Of a DNA stretch of 64,000 nt, positions 10,472 to 19,491 are shown in pieces. The position numbers and the translations under genes are program-made. The notes under the pieces are model-generated. The model was not told the origin of the DNA. It worked only from the letters and a program-made list of their open reading frames with translations, and searched no databases. Where the stretch lies: the NCBI GenBank assembly GCA_031459915.1, contig JAVKHO010000002.1, forward strand, positions 23,952 to 87,951. The letters run 5' to 3'. Positions within the stretch are counted from its first letter, which is position 1; the number at the start of each line of letters is the position of its first letter. This DNA is from Candidatus Tepidifontimicrobium thermophilum. GTDB lineage: Bacteria > Sysuimicrobiota > Sysuimicrobiia > Sysuimicrobiales > Sysuimicrobiaceae.

Positions 10472-11422
10472 CTACACCACGACTAGGCCCGCCAGCGCGG
10501 CAAGGCCCGCCAGCACCCAGAACCGGGTGACGATCTTGGGCTCCTCCCAGCCCGCCAGCTCGAAGTGGTGGTGCAGGGGCGAGCTGCGGAACACCCGCCG
10601 GCCTCTCGTGAGCTTGAAGTAAGTCACCTGGATCACCACGGACGCCGCCTCCAGTACGAACACCGCCCCCACCACGAACAGCAACAGCTCCCTGCGGGTG
10701 AGGATCGCCAGGGTGCTCAGCGCGGCTCCCAAAGCCTGGGAGCCCACGTCGCCCATGATGACCTGGGCCGGGTAAGCGTTGAACCACAGGAAGCCCAGAC
10801 AGCCTCCCGCCAGGGAGGCGGCAAGGCCTGCCAGCTCCGGCTGACCCGTCCGCAGGGCGACCACCGCGTAGGTGCCCAGCGCCACGGCCGCGCAGCCCGC
10901 GGCCAGCCCGTCCAGCCCGTCGGTCAGGTTCGCGCCGTTGGCGAACCCCACCATGAACACCGCCGCGAACGGGACGTAGGCCCACCCCAGGTCCCACGTC
11001 CCGCCCCACGGCAGCCACAGCCCAGTGCCGTGAGACAGGTTCCGGACCGCGTACCAGCCGACCGCCAACGCCACCGGCACCTGCAGGGCCAGCTTCTCGC
11101 GGGCCCGCAGCCCCAGGTTCCGGCCGCGCCGCAGGCTCAGCCAGTCGTCTACCAGCCCCACCGCGCCGTACAGGGCCACGGCCGCCGCTGCCACGGCCAC
11201 CGTGGGAGCCCACGTCCCTGCGGCTGCGAGCCCCGCAGCCGTCCCGCCGAGAATGGCCAGGCCGCCCAGGGTGGGAGTGCCTGCCTTCTGCTGGTGGCGG
11301 GCGGGCGCGTCTTCCCGGATGGGCTGCTGCGCCACCCGGCGCAGCCAGGGCAGCAGCGCCCCCGCCAGGGCCGCGCTGGCCGCGGCGGAGACCACCGCGC
11401 CCCACAGCACCCACTGTGTCAC
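10472..11422 (-). CDS. mraY: phospho-N-acetylmuramoyl-pentapeptide transferase MraY
   Basis: GFANGANLTDGLDGLA and SPLHHHFEL motifs. GTG at 11422 overlaps the murF TGA. Confidence 0.9.
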   Translation of the reverse strand: MTQWVLWGAVVSAAASAALAGALLPWLRRVAQQPIREDAPARHQQKAGTPTLGGLAILGGTAAGLAAAGTWAPTVAVAAAAVALYGAVGLVDDWLSLRRGRNLGLRAREKLALQVPVALAVGWYAVRNLSHGTGLWLPWGGTWDLGWAYVPFAAVFMVGFANGANLTDGLDGLAAGCAAVALGTYAVVALRTGQPELAGLAASLAGGCLGFLWFNAYPAQVIMGDVGSQALGAALSTLAILTRRELLLFVVGAVFVLEAASVVIQVTYFKLTRGRRVFRSSPLHHHFELAGWEEPKIVTRFWVLAGLAALAGLVVV

Positions 11423-12801
11423 CGCTGCCGCAGCGCCTCCACCACCCGCTCCAGGCCCACAGCCCGGGAGCCCTTCACCAGCACCACGTCTCCTGCGCGC
11501 AGCCGCCCGCTCAACTCCAGGGCCGCCGCCTGAGCGTCCGGGACCCACACCACCCGGTCCCGCGCCAGCCCCGCCTGGACCGCCGCTTGCGCCAGCTCCC
11601 GGCTGGCCTGGCCCACCGCCACCAGCAGGTCCACGCCCTCTACCGCACACCGCCGGCCCACCTCCCGGTGCGCCGGTACCTCTAGGTCCCCCAGCTCCCG
11701 CATCTCCCCCAGCACCGCCACCAGCCGCCGACCCGTCCGCAGCGCACGCGCGGCCTCCAGGGCGGCCTCCACCGAAAGGGGGCTGGCGTTGTACGCGTCG
11801 TTCAACACCAGCACGTCGCCGGGTGCCCGCACCACCTCCAGCCGCATGCGTGGCGGCCGGAACTCCCGCAGGGCTTCCACCGCCTGCTCCAGCGGCACGC
11901 CCGCCTGCAGGCCCGCCGCCACCGCCGCCAGGGCGTTATTCACGAAGTGAGGCGACGGAACGGGCAGGAAGCCCTGCACGGAACCCTTCCCTGTCCGAAC
12001 CAGAAACCGCACGCCGTCCCCTGCCAGTTCCACCCGGCCCGCCCGCACGTCGCAGTCGTCCGTCGTACCGCACAGCACCACCTTCGCGGCGGTCCGGCCC
12101 GCCATCCCCCGGACGAAGGGGTCGTCCCCGTTGAGGATCGCCACGCCGTCTCGGGGCAGGGCCTGCACCAGCTCCGCCTTGGCCTGGGCCACGCGCTCCA
12201 CGGAGCCCAGCTGCTCCGTGTGGGCCGCGCCCACGCGGGTCACGATGCCTACCTGGGGCTGGACCGCACGGCACAGCTCCGCGATCTGCCCCATGCCCCG
12301 CATCGCCAGCTCCACCACCGCGTAGCGGTGCTCTGGCCGCAGCCCGAACACCGTGAGCGGCACGCCCAGCTCCGCGTTCCACTCGGGCTGGGAGGCGTGT
12401 ACGGGAAAACGCCTCCCCAGCACCGCGGCCACCATCTGGACCGTGGTGGACTTGCCCACGCTGCCCGTCACCCCCACCACCGTCACCGGGAACCGCGCAC
12501 GCCAGGCCGCCGCCAGGGGCAGCAGGGCCTGACGGGTGTCCGGGACGTGGACCTGCGCCAGGGCCGCCTCCACGGGCCGGCTCAGCAGCGCGGCCGCGGC
12601 CCCGCGCTGTGCCGCGTCACTGACAAACTCGTGCCCGTCCCTCTGCGGTCCCCGAAGGGCGACGAACAGCGCCCCAGGCCGACAGCTCCGGCTGTCGGTG
12701 CGGACCGACTGCAGAGGGGTGTGCGGGTCGCCCCGCATCAGGCGGCCGCCCGTTGCCCGGGCCACCTCCTCCACCGTCAGGACGCAAAACCTTCCCGTCA
12801 C
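11419..12801 (-). CDS. murF: UDP-MurNAc-tripeptide--D-Ala-D-Ala ligase MurF
   Basis: VGVTGSVGKSTT P-loop. Preferred start is the GTG at 12801 with GGGAGG 9 nt upstream; a TTG at 12819 is possible. Confidence 0.9.
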   Translation of the reverse strand: MTGRFCVLTVEEVARATGGRLMRGDPHTPLQSVRTDSRSCRPGALFVALRGPQRDGHEFVSDAAQRGAAAALLSRPVEAALAQVHVPDTRQALLPLAAAWRARFPVTVVGVTGSVGKSTTVQMVAAVLGRRFPVHASQPEWNAELGVPLTVFGLRPEHRYAVVELAMRGMGQIAELCRAVQPQVGIVTRVGAAHTEQLGSVERVAQAKAELVQALPRDGVAILNGDDPFVRGMAGRTAAKVVLCGTTDDCDVRAGRVELAGDGVRFLVRTGKGSVQGFLPVPSPHFVNNALAAVAAGLQAGVPLEQAVEALREFRPPRMRLEVVRAPGDVLVLNDAYNASPLSVEAALEAARALRTGRRLVAVLGEMRELGDLEVPAHREVGRRCAVEGVDLLVAVGQASRELAQAAVQAGLARDRVVWVPDAQAAALELSGRLRAGDVVLVKGSRAVGLERVVEALRQR

Positions 12802-14265
12802 GCTTCCGACGCCTCCCAACCCAGCTCGCGCAGGGCGCGCCGGGCTTCCTCTCGGTCGTCGAACGGCACGGTGCGGTCGCGAAAGACCTGTACGGTCTCG
12901 TGGCCTTTGCCGCAGATGAGTACTGCGTCTTCCGGCGCCGCCAGCTGGAGGGCCTTGCGGATGGCCTCGCGCCGGTCCGGCTCCACGTCGTACGTAGCCC
13001 CCGCCCCTCCCGCGCTGCGCAGGCCCTGCAGGATCTCCTCCACGATGACCAGGGGGTCCTCGCTGCGGGGGTTGTCGCTGGTCACCACCACGTGGTCTGC
13101 CATCCGGGCGGCCACCTGCCCCATCAGGGGCCGCTTACCGCGGTCCCGATCCCCGCCGCATCCGAACACCACGATGACCCGTCCCGGTGTGATCTCCCGG
13201 GCCGCAGCCAACACGTTGGCCAGGCCGTCCGGCGTGTGTGCGTAGTCCACCACCACCGAGAAAGGCTGGCCCGCCTCGATCCGTTCGAACCGGCCGGGGA
13301 TGGCCCGTACGGACTCCAGGGCCCGGGCCGCGGCTTCCAGCGACACGCCCCGGTGCACCCCCACCGCCAGCGCACACAGGGCGTTGTACACGTTGAACCG
13401 ACCCACCAGGCGCAGGCGGACGCGCACGCGGCCTGCGGGTGTGACCGCTTCGAAGGTACAGCCGTCCCGGCCTACCCGCACGTCCTCCGCCCGTACCGCC
13501 GCGCGGCTGCTGAGGCCGTAGGTGAGCACCGGGGCCCGGCTGCAGGACGCCATGTACGCGCCGTGGGGATCGTCGCGGTTCACCACGCTCAGCCCGTCCG
13601 GATCGACCCGCTGGAACAGCTTTGCCTTGGCGTCCCGGTAGGCTTCCCACGTGCCGTGGAAGTCCAGGTGGTCCTGGGTGAGGTTGGTGAAGGCGGCCAC
13701 CCGAAAGCGCACCCCGCCCACCCTCTCCTGGGCCAGGGCATGGGAGGCCACCTCCACCGCAGCCGCCCGCAGCCCTGCACCGACCATGCGGCTCAGCAGG
13801 GCGTGCAGGTCCGGTGCCTCCGGGGTGGTCCGCTCCAACGTCTCCCAGCCGCCGCCCACCCAGGCGCCCAGCGTCCCCACGATCCCGCAGGGGACCCCCG
13901 CGGCCTCCAGGACCGCGCGGACCAGAAACGAGACCGCGCCCTTGCCGTTGGTCCCGGTGACCCCTACCACCTCCAGGCGCTGGGAGGGGTGGCCCCAGAA
14001 CGCGGACGCCAGCGGGCCCATGGCCTCCCGCACGGAAGGGACCACCACCTGCGGGACGGCCACCTCCACCGGCCGCTGCACGAGGACTGCCACCGCACCT
14101 CGGCTGCAGGCCTCGTCCACGAACCGGTGGCCGTCGTGGCGCTGGCCCGGGACCGCGCAGAACAAGTCTCCTGGGCGCACGCGCCGTGAGTCGTAGGCGA
14201 TCCCGCGCACTTCCACGGAGTCCGGACCCCGCAGCTGACAGCTGCGGAGGTTGGAGATCAGCTCT
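12798..14265 (-). CDS. murE: UDP-MurNAc-L-Ala-D-Glu--meso-DAP ligase MurE
   Basis: VGVTGTNGKGA P-loop and DSRRVRPGDLFCAVPG N-terminal region. The N-terminal start (TTG or CTG near 14265) is uncertain; the track ORF runs to 15266. Confidence 0.85.
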
Positions 14266-14368
14266 CGAAGACGCAAGGCGGATTCCTCGCGGACCTCCCA
14301 AATTATAAGGCGACTTTTAGGCCGACTCCCCGCCACCCCCCGCCCCTCAACGGCTCGGTGGTCCGACC

Positions 14369-16135
14369 TCAATCGCCTCCCCGGTGTCGCACGACCTGGG
14401 GGGTGGACTCGCTCGGGGGCACTCCGAGCATCCACAACGCCTGTGAGGCGATCCGGCTGAAGACCGGCGCGGCCACCACGCCTCCGAAGTAAGCACCCCG
14501 GGGCTCGTCCACCACCACCACGATGGCCAGCTGCGGCCTGTCCGCGGGCACGACTCCCACGAAGGACGCCACATACCGGCCGGGTTCGTACCCGCCGTGC
14601 GGGGAAGGTTTCTGGGCGGTGCCGGTCTTGCCCGCTACCCGGTAGCCCCGAACCGCCGCCGCAGTCCCGGTGCCGTCCGTCACCGTGCCCTCCATCATGC
14701 GCAGAAGCGCGCGTGCCACGGCCGGCGACAGCACGCGGACCCGCTCCCCCGCGTCCAGTCGCCGCAAGCCTCCGTCCGGATCCCGGACCGCCACCGCCAG
14801 GTGCGGCCGGACCAGGTAGCCCCCGTTGGCCACCGCCGCCACGAAGCGCACTAGCTGCAGGGGCGTGACCGCCACGCCCTGGCCGATGGAGACCACGTAG
14901 GGGTCTGTTCCGGACCACTGGCGGGCCGGTCGGAGGATGCCCGCGGACTCCCCGGGCAGGTCCACCCCGGTGGTCTGACCGAAGCCGAAGCGGGTGAGGA
15001 AGTGGTGCAGCCGCTGTGGTCCCAGCATCGAGCCCACCTGGGCGGCCGCCACGTTGCACGACAGGCGCACCACTCCGGCCAGGTCGACCCGGCCGTGGGC
15101 TTCGCCGTGTGCCTCCCGGATGACATAACCTCCCGGGATCCGGAGGAAGCCGGGGCACGTAAAGCGTGACCGCACCTCCACCACGCCCTCCTCCAGGGCT
15201 GCAGCCACGGTCGCCAGCTTCAGGGTGGAGCCTGGCTCGTAACTGTCCAGGGCACGGTTGCGCCACGCCTGCTCGTTTTCCGGGAGCCGGTTAGGGTCGA
15301 AGGCCGGGAGGCTGGCGAGGGCCAGCACCTCGCCCGTGTGCACGTCCATGGCCACGGCCGCGCCGCCCCGCGCCCGGTACTGCGTCACGGTCCGCTCCAG
15401 CTCCCGCTCCGCGACGTGCTGGATGACGCTGTCCAGCGCCAACACCAGGTCAGAGCCTCGTCGGCCCGGGGAGAGCACCTGCCGGCCTTCCAGGATCTCG
15501 CGTCCCAGACCGTCCCGCACCCGTACCGCGCGGCCGGGGCGTCCCCGGAGGACTTCCTCGTACTGCAGCTCCAGGCCCGCGAGCCCCTGGTTGTCCACTC
15601 CCGTGAAGCCCAGGACGTGCGCGGCCAGGGAGCCCGCAGGGTACACCCGTCTTTCCTCGGGTTCGAAGCCCAGCTCTTGCTCCAGATCCAGCTCCCGAAG
15701 ACGCGCGGCGGCCTCCGGGGGAATCTGGCGGGCCAGCCAGACAAAGTAGCCGCCCCGCCGCACGCGATCCACCACCGCGGCCGGGTCCATCCCGAGCACC
15801 GGCCCCACCCGGCGCGCGAAGGCCTCGGGGTCCCGGATGGCGCGGGGTACCGCGTACACAGAGTCCCGCACGACGTTGGAAGCCAGTTCGCGGCCGGCCC
15901 GGTCGTAGATGCGCCCCCGGGAAGCAGGCAGGGTGACCGTGTCGACCTGCTGCCTCCGCCCCAGCTGCCTCAGGTTGTCGAACTTCGCGGTTTGCAGGTA
16001 GGCCACGCGGCCCGCCACCCCCGCCAGGGACAACAGCCACACCACCGCCAGCAGCTTCAGCCGGCGGCGGGAAAGGGCCAGGACCTCCGGGGACCCTTTC
16101 CGGGGCCCCCTCCCAGAAGACGGGTGGTGCTTCAT
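14369..16135 (-). CDS. ftsI: class B penicillin-binding protein FtsI (transpeptidase)
   Basis: N-terminal TM. The catalytic motifs GSTLK (SxxK), SCN and KTGT are intact. ATG at 16135 overlaps the ftsL TGA (ATGA). Confidence 0.9.
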   Translation of the reverse strand: MKHHPSSGRGPRKGSPEVLALSRRRLKLLAVVWLLSLAGVAGRVAYLQTAKFDNLRQLGRRQQVDTVTLPASRGRIYDRAGRELASNVVRDSVYAVPRAIRDPEAFARRVGPVLGMDPAAVVDRVRRGGYFVWLARQIPPEAAARLRELDLEQELGFEPEERRVYPAGSLAAHVLGFTGVDNQGLAGLELQYEEVLRGRPGRAVRVRDGLGREILEGRQVLSPGRRGSDLVLALDSVIQHVAERELERTVTQYRARGGAAVAMDVHTGEVLALASLPAFDPNRLPENEQAWRNRALDSYEPGSTLKLATVAAALEEGVVEVRSRFTCPGFLRIPGGYVIREAHGEAHGRVDLAGVVRLSCNVAAAQVGSMLGPQRLHHFLTRFGFGQTTGVDLPGESAGILRPARQWSGTDPYVVSIGQGVAVTPLQLVRFVAAVANGGYLVRPHLAVAVRDPDGGLRRLDAGERVRVLSPAVARALLRMMEGTVTDGTGTAAAVRGYRVAGKTGTAQKPSPHGGYEPGRYVASFVGVVPADRPQLAIVVVVDEPRGAYFGGVVAAPVFSRIASQALWMLGVPPSESTPQVVRHRGGD

Positions 16136-16596
16136 GGACGCTCGGGTTCTGCCGCCGAGGCTGCGGGGTCCCGGAAGACCTGGGCGATACGCTGCCACCA
16201 GGTCTGCGCAGGGGCCGCGGCCGGCCGGGGAGCAAGATCCGCCGGGATCACCGCCGCTACCAGCTGCTCTGGCGACGGCGGGTGCAGCCCCAACCGCGCC
16301 GCCACACGCTCCAAACGGTCGGGGGCCCGCAGGGCGGCTTCCCGGCTGCGCAGGGCCTGCCGCTCCCTCTCCAGCTCTGCCACCTCCTGCCGCAGAGCCC
16401 TCAGCCGGTAACCTGCCTGTGCCGCCTGGCTCTCCAGCCAAACGTGGCCCAGCAAAGGTGCGCCAAGAAGGACCAAAATCGCCAGGCCCCTGGCCACCGG
16501 ATTTGGGGGGCGCCTACGGGCCTGCGGCCGGGCGAGGCCCGCTTCCTTCGGCAGTAGGACTGGGTAGGTGCGGTGCTTGCGCTGGGCCGAGGTCAT
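16132..16596 (-). CDS. ftsL: FtsL-like bitopic coiled-coil cell division protein
   Basis: Small protein with one TM and an Arg/Glu-rich coiled coil, in the canonical slot between rsmH and ftsI. Its ATG overlaps the rsmH TGA. Confidence 0.6.
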   Translation of the reverse strand: MTSAQRKHRTYPVLLPKEAGLARPQARRRPPNPVARGLAILVLLGAPLLGHVWLESQAAQAGYRLRALRQEVAELERERQALRSREAALRAPDRLERVAARLGLHPPSPEQLVAAVIPADLAPRPAAAPAQTWWQRIAQVFRDPAASAAEPERP

Positions 16597-17504
16597 CGCA
16601 GTCCCTCCACCCGCTCCGCAGCCCTCAAGCGCGCGCTGCGGGCCCGGGGGTTCTGCCGGAGTTCCTCCGGCCCAGGCCGAACCGGCTTGAGGGTCAGCTG
16701 CCGCAGCCTCGGGTCGGACCGGAAGGCCTGCTTGACCAGGCGGTCCTCCAGCGAGTGGAAGGAGATCACCACCACACGGGCCCCGGGTCGCAGGACGTCT
16801 GGCACCTGGGCCAGCGCGGCCTCGAGGGCTTCCAGCTCCTGGTTGGTGGCGATCCGGAGGGCCTGGAAGGTCCGGGTCGCCACGTGGGTCCGCCTGGGCC
16901 AGCGGCTCCGCGGCACCGCGGCCTGGACGGCTTCTGCCAGGTCCGTGGTGGTACGCAGCGGCCTGCGGCGGACGATGGACCGGGCGATCCGCCGGGCGAA
17001 GGGCTCCTCTCCGTACCGCAGGAGCAGTTCCGCCAGCTGGTTTTCCGGTAGCCGGTTCACCAGGTCGGCGGCAGTCTGCGGCTGGCGCGGGTCCATGCGC
17101 ATATCCAGGGGGCCGGGGAGCTGAAAGCTGAAGCCCCGCTCCGCCCTCTCCAGCTGCAGGCTGGAAACCCCGAGGTCGAAAAGGATCCCGTCCGCCTCCC
17201 GCACGCCTGCCTCCTGCAGCACGTCCCGCAGATGCCTGAAGTCCCCGCTTACCAGGCGTACCCGGCCGGTAAAACGGGACAGGCGTCGCCCGGCGGCCTC
17301 CAGCGCGTCGGGGTCCCGGTCGATGCCGACCAGCTGCCCGTCGGGCCCGCAGGCTTCCAGGATCCGCTCCGCGTGCCCCCCAGCTCCCACCGTGGCGTCC
17401 ACGTACAGCCCGCCCGGGTGGGGCTGCAACCACTCCAGTACCGCGTCCACCAGAACCGGGACGTGTTCCGGGTGCCGGCCCGGGGAAGGGTCACGGTACC
17501 GCAC
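16593..17504 (-). CDS. rsmH: 16S rRNA (cytosine1402-N4)-methyltransferase RsmH/MraW
   Basis: HVPVLVDAVLEWL...YVDATVGAGGHAE SAM-MTase N-terminus. GTG start near 17504 with no obvious SD sequence. Confidence 0.9.
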   Translation of the reverse strand: MRYRDPSPGRHPEHVPVLVDAVLEWLQPHPGGLYVDATVGAGGHAERILEACGPDGQLVGIDRDPDALEAAGRRLSRFTGRVRLVSGDFRHLRDVLQEAGVREADGILFDLGVSSLQLERAERGFSFQLPGPLDMRMDPRQPQTAADLVNRLPENQLAELLLRYGEEPFARRIARSIVRRRPLRTTTDLAEAVQAAVPRSRWPRRTHVATRTFQALRIATNQELEALEAALAQVPDVLRPGARVVVISFHSLEDRLVKQAFRSDPRLRQLTLKPVRPGPEELRQNPRARSARLRAAERVEGLR

Positions 17505-17671
17505 GCGGAGGGATCGGGGCCCGGGGTCGGTGCGTCCGCGCTGCGTCGGCTGGGCGTGGAGCAGGGGGGTTGGAGCGAGCGACGGTGTGTGCGCGCGGCG
17601 TCGTCGCTGCGTCGCGATGCAACCCGGGCCCCGGTCTCTCCGCGCGTGCTTGGCCTCCCACGATCTACCCG

Positions 17672-18094
17672 CTACAGGCTCAGTCCGCGAAGCCCCTCCA
17701 GCAGGGCCGCCTCGTCCTCGGCCGTGCTCTGGAGGTAGGCGTGCCACCGTTCCTTGCTCCACACCTCCACCTTGTTCACCAGGCCCACCACCACGGCGTC
17801 CCGGTGGATGCCCGCGTGTTCCCGGAGGGGTTGCGGGAGGAGGAACCGGCCTTGCCGGTCCAGTTCGCACTCCACCGCGGAGCCCAACAGGTAGCGCACC
17901 AGCCGACGGTTCTCCAGGGGTTCTGCGGCCAGCTTGGCCTCGACCCGCTGCCACTCCAGCAAGGGATACAGCACCACGCACCCGTCGAAACCCCGGGTGG
18001 CGACGAACCGCTCTCCCATAGGCGCCCTGAACCTGGGCGGCATCACCAAGCGGCCCCGGTCGTCCAGGGTGTACTCGTATTCCCCCTTGAGCAT
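17672..18094 (-). CDS. mraZ: transcriptional regulator MraZ
   Basis: MLKGEYEYTLDDRGRLVMPPRFR start and tandem MraZ domains. First gene of the dcw cluster. Confidence 0.9.
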   Translation of the reverse strand: MLKGEYEYTLDDRGRLVMPPRFRAPMGERFVATRGFDGCVVLYPLLEWQRVEAKLAAEPLENRRLVRYLLGSAVECELDRQGRFLLPQPLREHAGIHRDAVVVGLVNKVEVWSKERWHAYLQSTAEDEAALLEGLRGLSL

Positions 18095-18098
18095 GTCT

Positions 18099-18144
18099 CC
18101 CCACGATCTGGGAATAGCGCCCCAATTTTCCCACTGATCCCCAC
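18099..18144 (-). promoter_or_regulatory. MraZ-box direct repeats (GTGGG[GA], three copies at 10-bp spacing plus one overlapping the SD) in the mraZ leader
   Basis: On the minus strand: GTGGGGATCA GTGGGAAAAT TGGGGC (plus-strand 18119-18144), with one more GTGGGG at 18099-18104. Confidence 0.45.
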
Positions 18145-18269
18145 CTTACGCTCAAGAGAACACGAATCCTGCCGCGTTGCAAGAAAATCTCGCAATGGAA
18201 CCCGGACCGTATGGACGTTCGCCTGCTGGGTGGTGTTGCCGCCTCGGCGGGCGGGCTAGCGGGCGCGCC

Positions 18270-18530
18270 TCAGTAGATGACCTCGTGGACCCCTTCCCGG
18301 TGCCGGACCACGATCACGTCCCCGCTCTCCTGCAGTTTGCGGATGGCCGGGGTGATTTCCTCCAGGACCACCGCGGACAGGCTGAGCCCGTCCTCTGTTG
18401 TGGGCTCGAAGGACTTACCGCAGGTGGTACAGTAGTGGCCCCGGCGCGGGACAAACACACCCCGCACCTGGTTCCACCGGATGGTCACGTTGCAGACCAC
18501 GTTCTCGCTGTTGCAGTACGGACAGGTCAT
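18270..18530 (-). CDS. small C4 zinc-ribbon protein, function unknown
   Basis: CPYC...(29 aa)...CTTC cysteine pairs and strong GC3 codon bias. ATG at 18530 lies about 42 nt 3' of rnpB; the longer track start at 18617 would overlap rnpB P1 and was not used. Confidence 0.5.
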   Translation of the reverse strand: MTCPYCNSENVVCNVTIRWNQVRGVFVPRRGHYCTTCGKSFEPTTEDGLSLSAVVLEEITPAIRKLQESGDVIVVRHREGVHEVIY

Positions 18531-18572
18531 CCCTGGCACCCAGAAGCCTTTCCGTCCTCCGCGCCTGCTGAC

Positions 18573-18934
18573 CGGACGGGAGCGGGCCTGTAAGCCGGGT
18601 TCTGTACACCGAGGCATCCCTCGGTGCGGCGGCCATCTCTCTGGGACCTCCGTTGCCGGAGGCCTCTAGCGGCCTACCCGGGGATCGGCGGGCCACCTCA
18701 TCTCCCCCTACTCGGCCTTGCTCCGGGTGGGGTTTGCCTGGCCGGCGTGTCACCACGCCGCCGGTGCGCTCTTACCGCACCTTTTCACCCTTACCGGCCG
18801 ACTGGCCGGCGGTATGTTTCTGTGGCACTTTCCCTCGGGTCACCCCGGGTGGGCGTTACCCACCACCCTGCCCTGTGGAGCCCGGACTTTCCTCACCGCC
18901 TGCCGGCGGCGCGGCCGCCCGGCCCGCTCCCGTA
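18573..18934 (-). ncRNA. rnpB: RNase P RNA (bacterial type A)
   Basis: Minus strand contains GGAAAGTCCGGGCTCC, AGGGCAGGGTGGTGGGTAACGCCCACCCGGG, GGTGCGGTAAGAGCGCACC and ACAGAACCCGGCTTA. The 5' GGGAGCGGGCC and 3' GGCCCGCTCCC segments form the P1 helix. Confidence 0.9.
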
Positions 18935-19491
18935 TTCATTTTCCCACGCCTGGGAAGGGGTCGGCCCGCCAGCTCGGCCACCAGCCGCTCCGCCACCTTC
19001 CGCACGGCTTGGGGCGGCAGGCGTCGCAGCTCCGCCAGCGCCTCCTCCACCCTGCCCTGCACTGCCAACTGCACCACCCCGTCGGCTGGCTCTAGGGGGC
19101 CCGCCAGGGCGCGGCGTGCCAGCCAGTCGGCCCTGGCGTTCTCGGACCGGGGCACGGAGCGCACCGTCACCCGGTCAAACTCCCCCATCCGCCGCCGCAC
19201 CGTCCCGAACAGGGCCTGCAGGTCCGGATCCCGCACCCGGTACTGGCCCAGGAGCTGTCTGGCCACCAGCTCGCTGTCGGTGCGGACCTCCACCTCCCGG
19301 GCGCCCAACTTGCGGGCTTCCTCCAGGCCCCGCAGGAGCGCCCGGTACTCGGCCACGTTGTTGGTGGCCGGACCGATGGGCTCCGACACCTCCCGCAGCA
19401 CGCGGCCGGCGCTGTCTTCTACCACCACCCCGACGGCCGCAGGACCCGGGTTGCCGCGGCAGGCGCCGTCGGGGCGCACCACCACCTTCAC
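18856..19491 (-). CDS. rnhA: ribonuclease HI with an about 85-aa C-terminal extension
   Basis: VVRPDGACRGNPGPAAVGVVV...TNNVAEYRAL...TDSELV RNase H fold. GTG at 19491 overlaps the upstream TGA. The C-terminal 28 codons run through the rnpB 5' region. Confidence 0.8.
   Translation of the reverse strand: MKVVVRPDGACRGNPGPAAVGVVVEDSAGRVLREVSEPIGPATNNVAEYRALLRGLEEARKLGAREVEVRTDSELVARQLLGQYRVRDPDLQALFGTVRRRMGEFDRVTVRSVPRSENARADWLARRALAGPLEPADGVVQLAVQGRVEEALAELRRLPPQAVRKVAERLVAELAGRPLPRRGKMNTGAGRAAAPPAGGEESPGSTGQGGG

Noticed and set aside
9000-11414. 804-aa track ORF as a single protein.
   Set aside because: The N-terminal 316 residues are low-complexity read-through in a frame overlapping mraY. 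The real murD starts at the GTG just after the mraY stop. The same reasoning applies to 12798..15266 (murE), 57788..59428 (Rieske), 5398..7122 (murC), 36479..39427 (priA) and 2374..3924 (ftsA).
18270-18617. Full 115-aa version of the zinc-ribbon ORF starting at 18617.
   Set aside because: It would overlap the rnpB P1/3' end by about 43 nt and has no SD. The internal ATG at 18530 gives an 86-aa product that keeps all Cys ligands.
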